DNA of 64,000 nucleotides, from the NCBI GenBank assembly GCA_963803605.1, contig CAWDNG010000012.1:396974-460973 (forward strand), written 5' to 3'. Shown here piece by piece: positions 27,474 through 37,405 of the stretch. Both the position numbers and the translations under genes were made by a program. Position 1 is the first letter of the stretch; every line of letters starts with the position of its first letter. This DNA is from Terriglobia bacterium. Lineage in GTDB: Bacteria > Acidobacteriota > Terriglobia > Terriglobales > Acidobacteriaceae. A model generated the notes under the pieces. It saw only the letters and a program-made list of their open reading frames with translations. It did no database searches and had not been told where the DNA came from.

Positions 27474-27705
27474 CCAGCCCTCGTTTCAGGTTTTTAACCA
27501 CCCTTCACGGTGGCGCCACCAAAAAGTTTCCACCTGAGCGGACGCGAGTTGCAATACAGCGTTTGCCCGATTTTGCCAGCTATTTTCGGGGGGATTCCGC
27601 GGGCAATGGCAGCCAGGGAGGCCACGATTAACTGCTGTCTTTGCCGTGTGTTGGCGGCGCATCTCGCGCCCTGGGCTGCACATCCAACTATGTAGGAGGC
27701 AGGCA

Positions 27706-28680
27706 ATGAGAATCGCAAGATGGAAAACAGCGATTGGAAGCGTTTTCCTGGCGGCGGCTCTATGTGTACCCGCGTGGTCGGCGGAACAACATTCGGCGAT
27801 GCCAGGAACTCTCAACTACGTCGAGGGTCAGGCATCGATCGGAGATCAGACTCTCGATTCGAAATCGGTCGGCTCAACCGAGCTGCAAACCGGGGAAGTC
27901 CTGGGCACGGAGAAGGGCAAGGCCGAGATCCTGCTGACGCCGGGAGTATTTTTGCGACTCGGCGACAATAGCTCGGTGAAGATGATTTCGCCCAGCCTGA
28001 CCAACACAGAGGTTGCGCTCAATCAGGGAGAGGCGATGCTGGAGGTGGATGAAATACATCCTGAAAACAACATCCGGGTCAGCCAGCCGGGAGCGAGCAC
28101 TCGAATCCTGAAGACCGGCTTGTACGACTTCAATGCGACCAGCCAGCAGGTAAGGGTTTTCGATGGCAAAGCCTCAGTACTGGCAGGCGATCGCGATATT
28201 ACCGTCAAGGGCGGGCACGAGCTTTCGCTGAACGCGACAGACAAATTGAAAGCGTATGGCTTTGACAAGAAGGCGGCACTCCAAACCGACGACCTGTATC
28301 GCTGGAGCAGCCTGCGATCCGATTACTTATCGGAAGCGAACGTGGAAACGGCTCGACTTTATATTGCGAATGGGTGGTACGGGCCGGGTTGGATCGGAGC
28401 CGGTTGGTACTGGAATCCCTGGTTCAGCGGATTTACCTTTGTGCCAGCGGACGGCTTTCTCTACAGTCCGTTTGGATGGGGTTTCTATTCTCCGCTGGTA
28501 GTTCGGCGGGTGCCGGTAGCGGTAGGACGTTTCCCGCATCATTTCAACGGTTTTCGTCCGACGCCGGCAATCGGCCGCGGGTTCCATGACCACGCGGTGC
28601 GCGCCTTTGGAAACGGCGCGCATCCCAGTGGATTTCACGCGATGCACGAGCCGGGCAGAATGAATGCCTTCCGGCGTTGA
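27706..28680 (+). CDS. secreted FecR-domain protein with Trp/Gly-rich C-terminus
   Basis: AGGAGG lies 8 nt upstream of the ATG at 27706. Signal peptide MRIARWKTAIGSVFLAAALCVPAWSA. FecR-like pattern GTLNYVEGQASIGDQ..LQTGEVLGTEKGKAEILLTPGVFLRLGDNSSV. Confidence 0.65.
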   Translation: MRIARWKTAIGSVFLAAALCVPAWSAEQHSAMPGTLNYVEGQASIGDQTLDSKSVGSTELQTGEVLGTEKGKAEILLTPGVFLRLGDNSSVKMISPSLTNTEVALNQGEAMLEVDEIHPENNIRVSQPGASTRILKTGLYDFNATSQQVRVFDGKASVLAGDRDITVKGGHELSLNATDKLKAYGFDKKAALQTDDLYRWSSLRSDYLSEANVETARLYIANGWYGPGWIGAGWYWNPWFSGFTFVPADGFLYSPFGWGFYSPLVVRRVPVAVGRFPHHFNGFRPTPAIGRGFHDHAVRAFGNGAHPSGFHAMHEPGRMNAFRR

Positions 28681-28701
28681 TCTTAGCAGCGTTCAACTCA
28701 G

Positions 28702-28731
28702 ACGGCGCGCGCGAGCGCGCCGTTTCTTTTT
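28702..28731 (+). terminator. rho-independent terminator
   Basis: acggcgcgc-gcga-gcgcgccgt (9-bp GC stem) followed by ttcttttt, 22 nt after the stop at 28680. Confidence 0.8.
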
Positions 28732-28860
28732 GGCCAACCATATTCGTTAAGAGCAGCCTGGCAAACGTCATCCTCATTACTCTTTCATTGCCCGTCTCCT
28801 TATTGTTGCGCGCACGCAAAATCATCCATCAGCGGCCCGCTCAGGCTATGATTCGCAAAC

Positions 28861-29568
28861 GTGACCGCAATGCCGGACACACACGTCAAGACCCCGCTTC
28901 GGACGGGCCTCCTTCGATCCGTTGTTCGATGGCTTCTCATCGGCGTGGTGCTTCTTTGGTCGCTCGCCGCGCTGGTCCTTGTAGCCGCCCGGTGGATCGA
29001 CCCGCCAACAACCGCGGTGCACATCCAGCGCCGCGTGCAGGCCTGGATTCACCACACGCCGTATCGCAAACGCTACAAATTCGTTCCGCTTAGCCAAATC
29101 TCGCCCGATCTCCAGCACGCCGTGATCGCTGCAGAGGACGCGCACTTCTACCAGCATCATGGATTCGATTGGCACGAGATCCAAATCGCGGCCCAAGATG
29201 ATTTGGAGGGTGATCGCACTCGCGGCGCTTCCACTATTACTCAGCAACTCGTCAAAAACCTGTTCTTCGGGACGGGCCGCTCGATCCTCCGCAAGGGCGT
29301 AGAGGCGACACTGGTACCGGTGGCCGAGTTCGTGCTCGGCAAACAGCGCATTCTGGAGATATACCTCAACGTGGTCGAGTGGGGCCCTGGTATTTATGGT
29401 GCCGAGTCGGCGTGTCGTTATTATGACGAAACCGCAGCTCGCAATATCGGCCGGCAACAGGCCGCTCGTTTGGCTGCAATTCTGCCGGCTCCCCTGAAGC
29501 GACGACCCGAGCGCATGAACAACTACAGCGCGATCATCCTCGAGCGGATGGGCCAAATGGGATGGTAA
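28861..29568 (+). CDS. mtgA: monofunctional biosynthetic peptidoglycan transglycosylase (GT51)
   Basis: AEDAHFYQHHGFDW and RGASTITQQLVKNLFF motifs, with one N-terminal TM helix. Start is GTG 28861 or ATG 28870. Confidence 0.9.
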   Translation: MTAMPDTHVKTPLRTGLLRSVVRWLLIGVVLLWSLAALVLVAARWIDPPTTAVHIQRRVQAWIHHTPYRKRYKFVPLSQISPDLQHAVIAAEDAHFYQHHGFDWHEIQIAAQDDLEGDRTRGASTITQQLVKNLFFGTGRSILRKGVEATLVPVAEFVLGKQRILEIYLNVVEWGPGIYGAESACRYYDETAARNIGRQQAARLAAILPAPLKRRPERMNNYSAIILERMGQMGW

Positions 29569-29954
29569 TCGTTGCTGCGAATGCGGAGGGTTTTATTTCT
29601 CTCGCGCTCGGCTCTGGTTGTATGGTCATCGATTCCCGAAAGTACCATCTCCACAAAATTGCCTCTCCTCAATATCTATATCTATCCATCGCTTGCGCTT
29701 CGAGCGCGTTGATAACTTGGGAACTGCCCAGTGGAATCGAATTCATTCTTTGCGGCATTCTCTTTTTTTTCCTTTTTCGCGCTGATCGCACAACCCGCCA
29801 AACGTAGCCAGCCATCTCAATCCGCCGCGATTCGTCGGCAAGCTGACTTGACCAGGCAGGCCCACCTTGATTCAACGCTTTTCCCGCGAGCTTCACGACT
29901 CCATCACTAAACCACCAATCTCTCCCTGCAACGATTTTTCCTCGAGGTGACCCC

Positions 29955-32733
29955 ATGAAGTCTCTTACGCTGAGTGTCCAGGCTGTATTGCTTTTGGTTT
30001 GTACAATTTGGTGGGCCGCCCCGATGCAGGCCCAGTTTCGCGCCTCGTTAAGAGGTACAGTGACCGACCCTCAGGGCGCAGTGGTTCCGGGGGCCAGCGT
30101 CACGCTGACGAACAAGGGCACAAACGCCACTTTGACCTCTATTTCCGACGACAATGGCATCTATCAGTTTAATGCGCTGCCGCCGGCTCCTTACCGGCTG
30201 ACTGTGGAACGCTCCGGCTTCCGGCGGAGAGTGCTGGACAGCGTGCAGATTATTCCGGAACAGCTCAATGCGCTCGACCTGCAGCTAGAGGTGGGGGAAG
30301 TGAGTCAGACTATAACCGTGACCAACACCGTTCAGGCGCTGGATACGGAGACAGCCACAGTCAGCGGCACGGTCACCGCGAATCAAATTCAGCACATGCC
30401 GTCGTTCGGGCGGGATGTGATCAAACTTGCACAATTGGCTCCCGGCGTCTTCGGTAATGGCGCGCAGGGAGCCGGCGGCAACGGTTTTAATCTTCCCGGT
30501 ACGCAGACTGGTGGAGGGGCCACGGGTGGCGAAGACGGCATCTTCAAGACTGAAAACGGCGCACAGGTTATCGCCAACGGCAACCAGACCGAGAACAACG
30601 GCATTTCCATTGATGGCATCAGCACCACGAGCGCTGTCTGGGGCGGAGCCACAATCATTACGCCATCCGAAGACTCCGTAGATAACGTGAAAGTCGTCGC
30701 CAATAGCTACCACGCAGAGAACGGCCGCTTCAGCGGCGCCCAGCTCCAGATCACTTCCAAGGGCGGTACCAATAACTATCATGGCAGCCTCTTTTTTACG
30801 GCTCACCGTCCGGGCCTGAACGCTTTTCAGCGGTTCAATGGCGAAAACCAAACGTGGTACGAGACCCAACTTTTTTCAATCAGTTAGGCGGCAGCGTCGG
30901 TGGCCCGATCTGGAAAAATAAGATTTTTGCCTTTTTCGCCTACGAGACGATCCGAAGCCCCCAAGGCCAGACCAGAATTGCCAACAACTGGTACGAAACC
31001 CCGGCTTTCGACGCTTCCGCGCCTGCTGGAAGCATAGCCGCCACTTATCTCGGCTTCCCCGGTGCCGGCGTTATTAGCAGAGGCATCAATCCTTCCACCT
31101 GCGCCGATGCCGGCCTGAACGAAGCCGTAAACTGCGCAACCATTCCCGGCCAGGGACTGGATATCGGTTCTCCCTTGACGTCAGGCCTGGGTACGCAGGA
31201 CCTTAGCTGGGTCAGCGCCACCACTCCCGGCGTGGGCAATGGGCTGGATGGTGTGGCGGACATCGCAAATTTCATTACTGCCAGCAACAGCCACTTTTCG
31301 AAAGCTCAGTACAATGGCCGCCTCGATGCGAATGTCACGAATAACGATCGTGTCGGTTTTGCTATCTACTGGTGCCACAGTCAACCACATTCCTCAACGG
31401 CCCGGCGCGTGAATACAGCCTGTTCAACCATTCGCAAATCAATAACGCCTACTCCGCCATCTGGAACCACACTTTCTCGCCGACCTTCCTGAATGAATTT
31501 CGCGTGAATGCCGCCGGATGGCGCTGGAATGAGATCGACTCCAATCCGCAGTCGCCGGTTGGACTTCCCACGGCGTTCATTGATTAAACTGGAAATCTGG
31601 GCGCCAACAACAATGCTGCCGGCAACTCGATAGAGTCTTTTGGGCCAAGCGTCGGCAGCATCCTGAATCAGTGGACTTACAGCTTCAAAGATGTGGCAAC
31701 CAAAATTATTGGACGCCACACGCTCAAGTTCGGCGCCGATATTACGCGCCTTTTCTACCTGAACGAGTGTGCCGGCTGCGGCGTCCCCAACTACAACTTT
31801 TTCAATATCTGGGACTTCCTCAACGATGCGCCGCACAAAGAAAACGGAGGCTTCGATCCCACAACTGGGGCGCCGACAACGCAGCGCCAGGACGACCGCG
31901 AAAACATCCTGGGATTCTTTGTCCAGGATGACTTCAAACTCCGCAGAAATCTGACACTCAACCTTCAGTTCATGGCGGAGGCTCAATTTACCTGGGCCAA
32001 AAGTTTGGACACCAGTTCCGGGCCTTACTTCGAACAGCCTTACCCGTTCGACCTCAATACGAATTACGGGCGGTCAGACTACGACGTCTCCAAGGCGTTC
32101 AAGCTTTTTGCTACCTGGCAGCCGGTCTTCTTCCGCGGCAACAGAAATTGGTTGGAGAAGATTGCCGGTGGCTGGTCGCTTAGCGGTATTTTCAACCTTC
32201 ACTCCGGATTCCCCTGGACACCGGTAGTGAGCGTTCAGGGCGGTAGCCTCTATTGCGGAACTTGTGGTTATACGACGCTGTTTCCTACCACTTACCTGGG
32301 AGGCGCGGGCACCAGCACCAGCAACGATGCTTTCAAGACTCCTGCCGATTCGAACTTTCCTAAAGGCGGCGCGGCGTATTTCGTTGCGCCGGCACCCTGC
32401 TCGCCCACTCAAACAGCGAATTGCTACACCGCCTTCAGCTCCGGCTTCGGGTCCGCGCTTCCTCCAACCCCCGGAGTTCACCGCAACTCACTCAACGGCG
32501 CCGGATACAAAGACCTGGATCTGACGCTCACCAAAGCTTTCGGTTTGCCGAACATGCCCGTACTCGGCGAAAACGCCCGGGTTGAGTTCCGAATCGATCT
32601 CTACAACGTGTTTAACAATTTGAACTTCGACCCGAACACCATTTCGGACAACATCGCTGCTGGTAACTTCGGCACGTACACGGCGGCACTTTCTGGCCGT
32701 GTCGTCAATCTGGGGGCCCGGTTCAGTTTCTAG
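29955..32733 (+). pseudogene. TonB-dependent receptor with CarboxypepD_reg-like N-domain, disrupted (2 frameshifts and 1 in-frame TAA)
   Basis: Four colinear ORF pieces: 29955-30887, 30854-31492, 31372-31587 and 31693-32733. First frame change at about 30840-30855 (A-runs). Second at 31370-31373 (..AIYW|VPQSTTFLNG). A TAA at 31585-31587 interrupts the otherwise continuous ..PTAFID*TGNLGANN..ILNQWTYSFKD. Confidence 0.8.
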
Positions 32734-34105
32734 AGGAGGCCCGAAGGGAGAAACTTGGCTTTACGCACTTTGGTCTTGCGCAACAGGGGTGTTCCCTGTC
32801 TCTTACTGCAAGTTGTTCTACTGCTGTCTTATGCGCCAGGACTGCACGGTCAGACAACCTCGCAAGAGAGCGTCGAGATCGATGTGCGGGCACCGACCAC
32901 TCCATTCCCCCATTTTTGGGAGCAGATGTTTGGTTCGGGGCGCGCCATTCTTTCGTTGCGCGAGAGCTATCGCGACGATCTTCGGGCGGTAAAGGCAGTG
33001 ACCGATTTCCGCTACGTTCGCTTCCACGCGATCCTGCACGATGAGCTCGGGGTTTACAACGAGGACGAACACGGCGAACCGGTGTACAACTTCGCCTATG
33101 TGGACCAGGTGTACGACGGGTTGCTCAGCAATGGAATCCGGCCTGTAGTTGAAATCAGTTTCATGCCAAAAAAGTTGGCGTTCAATCCGGATGCGCTCCA
33201 TCCCTTCTGGTACAAGCCGAATGTGTCACCGCCCAAAAGCTGGAAACGATGGGATGGTCTGATGGTCCACTTTGCCCGTCATCTGATCGAACGTTACAGA
33301 ATTGACGAAGTATCGCAATGGTATTTTGAAGTGTGGAATGAGCCCAATATAGATTTCTGGGGCGGAATTCCAAGGGAGAAGTCCTATTTCGAACTCTACG
33401 ATCACACTGCCCGGGACTTGAAGAGCGTAAGCCAGCGGATCCGTGTAGGCGGCCCTGCCACTGCGGCCGCGGCGTGGGTGGACGACTTTCTGAAGCACGC
33501 GGCAGAGAGCCACTCGCCCGTGGATTTCGTTTCCACCCACCGATACGCGGACGACAGTGTGCCACGAGCACGAAAAGTCGCAAGGCTGAGTAGTGCGTAA
33601 CTGCTTAACTGATGAGGGTAGGCCCCTCGGAACCGGTCTGCAGGGACAGGTTCCAAACCACCTTCGGCGGCTGTGGACAAAAGCCATGGTCGTGAGCACA
33701 GAAGGAAAAGGCCTGGCAAGGACCAGGTCAGGTGACAGGCAAGAAGAGGACCGCAAGGGAACCACTATGGAAGTGTCGAAAGCGTAGGGACGATGTCAAA
33801 ACCGTGGGGGTGTCGTTATCACGGGACAAAGCTCCGACGAAACCTGTTTACGGGCGGAGCGGCATCCGGCATGAGAGGTGGCCTGAGCTTGCCAAAGAGG
33901 CGGTTGAGCGGAACGTGGGAACCTGAGACTCCGATGCGAACGGAGAAGTCACAAGTGGCAGAACCACAAGGACGAGAGTACGAAGGCGGAGACTCAGGGG
34001 CGGAACAGCGCGTAGTAGCCGAGAAGTCCTCGATAAAGGGATGGAGCGAAGGCGCTGTATCAAGGAGCCTGATTCAATGAGCCAACCAGCAATGGGAGGA
34101 GCCCG

Positions 34106-35365
34106 ATGAGTGAGGCAAAGCCGTTTTGTATTTCGAAGAAGGAGGTTTGGGAAGCGTACAAACGGGTCAAAGCAAATAAGGGAGCAGCAGGGGTTGATGA
34201 TCAATCGATCGAAGATTTTGAGAAAAGGTTGAAGAAGAATCTTTACAAGATCTGGAATCGGATGTCATCGGGCAGTTACTTTCCGCCACCGGTGAGGACG
34301 GTAAAGATACCAAAGAAAAACGGTGGCGAAAGAAAACTGGGTATTCCCACAGTAGCCGATCGCATTGCGCAGCAGGTAGTCAAGGCAAGACTGGAACCGG
34401 AAGTAGAGCCGCTGTTTCATGCCGATTCCTACGGATATCGACCGGGGAAGTCGGCATTGGATGCAGTGGGTCAAGCGCGAGAAAGATGCTGGCGCTATGA
34501 CTGGGTTCTTGATCTGGATATCAGGAGCTTCTTTGACAGCCTTTCACAAGATCTACTACTCCGGGCGGTCAAGAAGCATGCCAAGGAGCGGTGGATCGTT
34601 CTCTACATCGAGCGTTGGCTGAAAGCGCCAGTGCAAGAAGAGGATGGGCGGTTGGTTCCGCGTGAGAAGGGCACTCCACAAGGTGGAGTAGCCAGCCCAC
34701 TGCTGGCGAATCTGTTCTTGCATTATGCGTTAGATCGATGGCTGGCGGTGCACTATCCTCAGGTGCCATTTGAGAGGTACGCCGATGATGTCATCGCGCA
34801 CTGCAAGACGGAGAAGGAAGCCCAGGAAATGAGGAAGGCCATTGCTGAACGTTTGCAGACTTGCGGACTGGAACTCCATCCGGAGAAAACGAAAGTCGTC
34901 TATTGCAAGGATGATTTTCGGAAGAAGAAGTACCCAAACGAAAAGTTTGATTTTCTCGGTTACAGCTTTCAACCTAGGAGATCAAAGAACCGCAAGGGGA
35001 AGTTCTTCATCAATTTCAGTCCCGCGGTCTCGAACAAAGCAGCGAAGGCAATTCGCGACACTTTTCGGCGCTGGAACCTGCCTAACCGCAGCGACAAGGC
35101 GATTGAAGATCTGTCGCGGATGTTTAATCCGATTATCCGAGGCTGGCTCCAGTATTACGGGCGCTACTATCGCTCGGCGCTTTATCCGACGATGCGCGAA
35201 CTGAACCAAGATCTGGTCCTGTGGGCCAAGCGTAAATACAAAAAGCTGCGCCACCATCACCGACGGGCAGCAGGCTGGATCGCGCGCATTTCGCGGCGCG
35301 CTCCGGAGTTGTTTGCTCACTGGCAGATGGGGGTGCGGCGTGGCTCCATGGTGGGAGCTGTATGA
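34106..35365 (+). CDS. group II intron reverse transcriptase/maturase (no endonuclease domain)
   Basis: RT blocks GVDDQSIEDF, RTVKIPKKNGGERKLGIPTVADRIAQ, GTPQGGVASPLLANLFLH, RYADDVIAHC (YADD), FDFLGYSF, and an X/maturase block RGWLQYYGRYY. 419 aa. Confidence 0.95.
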   Translation: MSEAKPFCISKKEVWEAYKRVKANKGAAGVDDQSIEDFEKRLKKNLYKIWNRMSSGSYFPPPVRTVKIPKKNGGERKLGIPTVADRIAQQVVKARLEPEVEPLFHADSYGYRPGKSALDAVGQARERCWRYDWVLDLDIRSFFDSLSQDLLLRAVKKHAKERWIVLYIERWLKAPVQEEDGRLVPREKGTPQGGVASPLLANLFLHYALDRWLAVHYPQVPFERYADDVIAHCKTEKEAQEMRKAIAERLQTCGLELHPEKTKVVYCKDDFRKKKYPNEKFDFLGYSFQPRRSKNRKGKFFINFSPAVSNKAAKAIRDTFRRWNLPNRSDKAIEDLSRMFNPIIRGWLQYYGRYYRSALYPTMRELNQDLVLWAKRKYKKLRHHHRRAAGWIARISRRAPELFAHWQMGVRRGSMVGAV

Positions 35366-35388
35366 GCTGAGAGGTTCATGTACAGTTC
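35355..35388 (+). ncRNA. group II intron domain V
   Basis: GAGCUGUAUGAGCUGAGAGGUUCAUGUACAGUUC has the same architecture as the textbook DV (GAGCCGUAU..GAAA..ACGUACGGUUC): AGC triad, GNRA (GAGA) loop, 34 nt. Confidence 0.85.
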
Positions 35389-36327
35389 TGAGAGAGCCTC
35401 GGGGTGAAACTCCCCGGGGCTACTCACCCCGTGCAGAATCTTTTTGGAACCGACGAAAACATTCCTGAAGACGACCGGGTCTGCTGCGCGATCGCCAAGG
35501 CCAGGAAAGAGATTCAAGCATCGTCCTTGCCGCGACTGCCGCTGTTCTGGACCGAGTGGAATGTGCCCGGCAAGATGGAAGCCCGCGACACGACCTATGT
35601 GGGGCCGGCATTGGCCAACACGGTGCGGGAATGCGACGGCAAGGTGGACATCATGTCGTTCTGGACGTTTTCTGACGTCTTCGAAGAGAACGGGCCGATT
35701 CCCAAGCCGTTCGTCGGAATGTTTGGCTTGCGTGCCAAGGGGGGGAATCAACAAGCCAAGCTACTACGCCTACAGCCTGCTCCATAAACTGGGAACCAAT
35801 CGCCTTGCTAACCCTTCCCAGAACGTAGTCGTCACAAAAACCGCAACCGGCGGCCTAGCCATAGCGGCATGGAACCTGGTCGATCCAGGACAATCGGGCA
35901 CGATCCGCCATATGACATTCATATTTGCCGGTCTCCCTGCGTCGGCTAAGGCCATGCTGCAAAGCGTCGACAGCGAACATGGCAACGTGTTGAAGGAGTA
36001 TGCCGCCATCGGCGCACCGCTCGATCCGACACCGCTGCAGGTGGCGCAGCTGAATCGCATGACTGCATTGCCTGCTCCCGAGCCCCTGGCCATTCGTGAC
36101 AACCGGCTGGATATCGAGCTCTCTCCGAATGCGCTGGTGCTGATCAACGTCGTTCTCCAAGACCGCATTCAGAAAGATTGAAACCACAGGCATTCGAATT
36201 TCTGAGGAGGCGAATCGTTTCCTGCCTGACTCCGAAGCGCTACGCTCATCCAAACATATAAGATGAAGCAGGTTTAGTTCGAGCCGGGGTTGTAGTCAGC
36301 CGGCAGCATCCAGGAGAAACGAAGAGC

Positions 36328-37314
36328 ATGCACTACCGAGCACTCGGTCGTACGGGATGGAAGGTTTCGGAAATCAGCTTCGGGGCCTGGGCGATTGGCG
36401 GGTCATGGGGCCAGGTTTCGGATGAAGAATCGATGGCGGCACTGCATCAGGCCATCGACTGCGGCGTGAATTTTATCGATACCGCGGACGTTTATGGCGG
36501 CGGTCGCAGCGAGCGCCTGATCGCCCGCCTCAAGACGGAGCGCAAGAACGAAGAAATCATCGTTGCTACCAAGGCGGGCCGCCGTTTGCCCCGGCAGACG
36601 GTTGAAGGCTACAGTCGCGAGAATCTTTCCGCATGGATCGAAGACAGCCTGCGAAATCTTTCTACCGAGCAGCTCGACTTGGTCCAGTTGCATGGCCCGC
36701 CAACTGCGCTTTATTCCCGCCCCGAAGTTTTCGGGATGCTCGATGATCTGGTGGCCGCCGGGAAGATTCGCTATTACGGCGTCAGCGTGGAGAAAGTCGA
36801 AGAAGCGTTGCTGGCGATCAAGTTTCCCAACGTGCAGACGGTCCAGATCATCTTCAATTGCTTCCGGCAGCGTCCCGCGGAAGACTTCTTTGCGGAAGCC
36901 AGGGAAAAACAAGTGGGCATTCTGGCGCGGGTTCCGCTGGCCAGCGGGCTGCTCACCGGCAAGCTGCGCCCTGACTCCACCTTCGCTGCCGACGACCACC
37001 GCAACTTCAACCGGCGGGGCGAGGCTTTCGACGTGGGCGAAACATTTTCCGGAGTGGACTACGAAACTGGCCTCGCAGCGGTGGAAGAGATCAGGAAACT
37101 GTTGCCCGTCGGGGTGTCGATGAGCCAGTTCGCGCTGCGTTGGATACTGATGTTCGACGCGGTCGGTTGCGCCATTCCAGGCGGCAAGCGGGCCGAACAG
37201 GTGGCTGACAACTGCGGCGCTTCCAATCTTCCACCACTTTCGTCCGACGCCATGACTGCGGTGCGGCGTATCTACGATGAGAGGATTCGGCCACTGGTGC
37301 AGGGTCGCTGGTAA
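36328..37314 (+). CDS. aldo/keto reductase family oxidoreductase
   Basis: LGRTGWKVSEISFGAW, FIDTADVYGGGRSE, LDLVQLH, YYGVS and IPG..R..Q..DN motifs. Confidence 0.9.
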   Translation: MHYRALGRTGWKVSEISFGAWAIGGSWGQVSDEESMAALHQAIDCGVNFIDTADVYGGGRSERLIARLKTERKNEEIIVATKAGRRLPRQTVEGYSRENLSAWIEDSLRNLSTEQLDLVQLHGPPTALYSRPEVFGMLDDLVAAGKIRYYGVSVEKVEEALLAIKFPNVQTVQIIFNCFRQRPAEDFFAEAREKQVGILARVPLASGLLTGKLRPDSTFAADDHRNFNRRGEAFDVGETFSGVDYETGLAAVEEIRKLLPVGVSMSQFALRWILMFDAVGCAIPGGKRAEQVADNCGASNLPPLSSDAMTAVRRIYDERIRPLVQGRW

Positions 37315-37325
37315 GCAAATAGTGA

Positions 37326-37383
37326 ATGGAGGACGGGCATCCCGCCCGTCTCTGCTCGGACCGGCGGGGACGCCCGTCCTCCA
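37326..37383. repeat. palindromic element, family 2 (ATGGAGGACGGGC ... GCCCGTCCTCCAT)
   Basis: 13-bp inverted arms at 37326-37338 and 37371-37383, with an internal GACGGGC-atccc-GCCCGTC hairpin. Located between the AKR stop and the SDR start. Confidence 0.55.
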
Positions 37384-37405
37384 TCCTCCGTTAGAATGGC
37401 TGACC

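Larger units (their letters stand above)
33557..35423 (+). mobile_element. group II intron (about 1.87 kb, En-minus RT type), sense-oriented inside GH39
   Basis: 5' GTGTG at 33557. The IEP ORF lies in the domain IV position. Canonical domain V at 35355-35388. DVI-like hairpin, ending ..GGCTAC at 35423. TGTCGT (33811-33816) is complementary to exon nt ACGACA (33551-33556). The 3' boundary is uncertain by a few nt. Confidence 0.85.
32755..36181 (+). pseudogene. GH39 glycoside hydrolase (beta-xylosidase-like) interrupted by a group II intron and a G7-run frameshift
   Basis: Exon 1 (32755-33556): signal peptide, WYFEVWNEPN (catalytic acid/base region), VDFVSTHRYADD. Exon 2 (from about 35424): ..PVQNLFGTDENIP..LPLFWTEWN..SFWTFSDVFEE. 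The frame switches at G7 (35739-35745); six Gs would read GLRAKGGINKPSYYAYSLLHKLG. TTG start. Confidence 0.8.
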
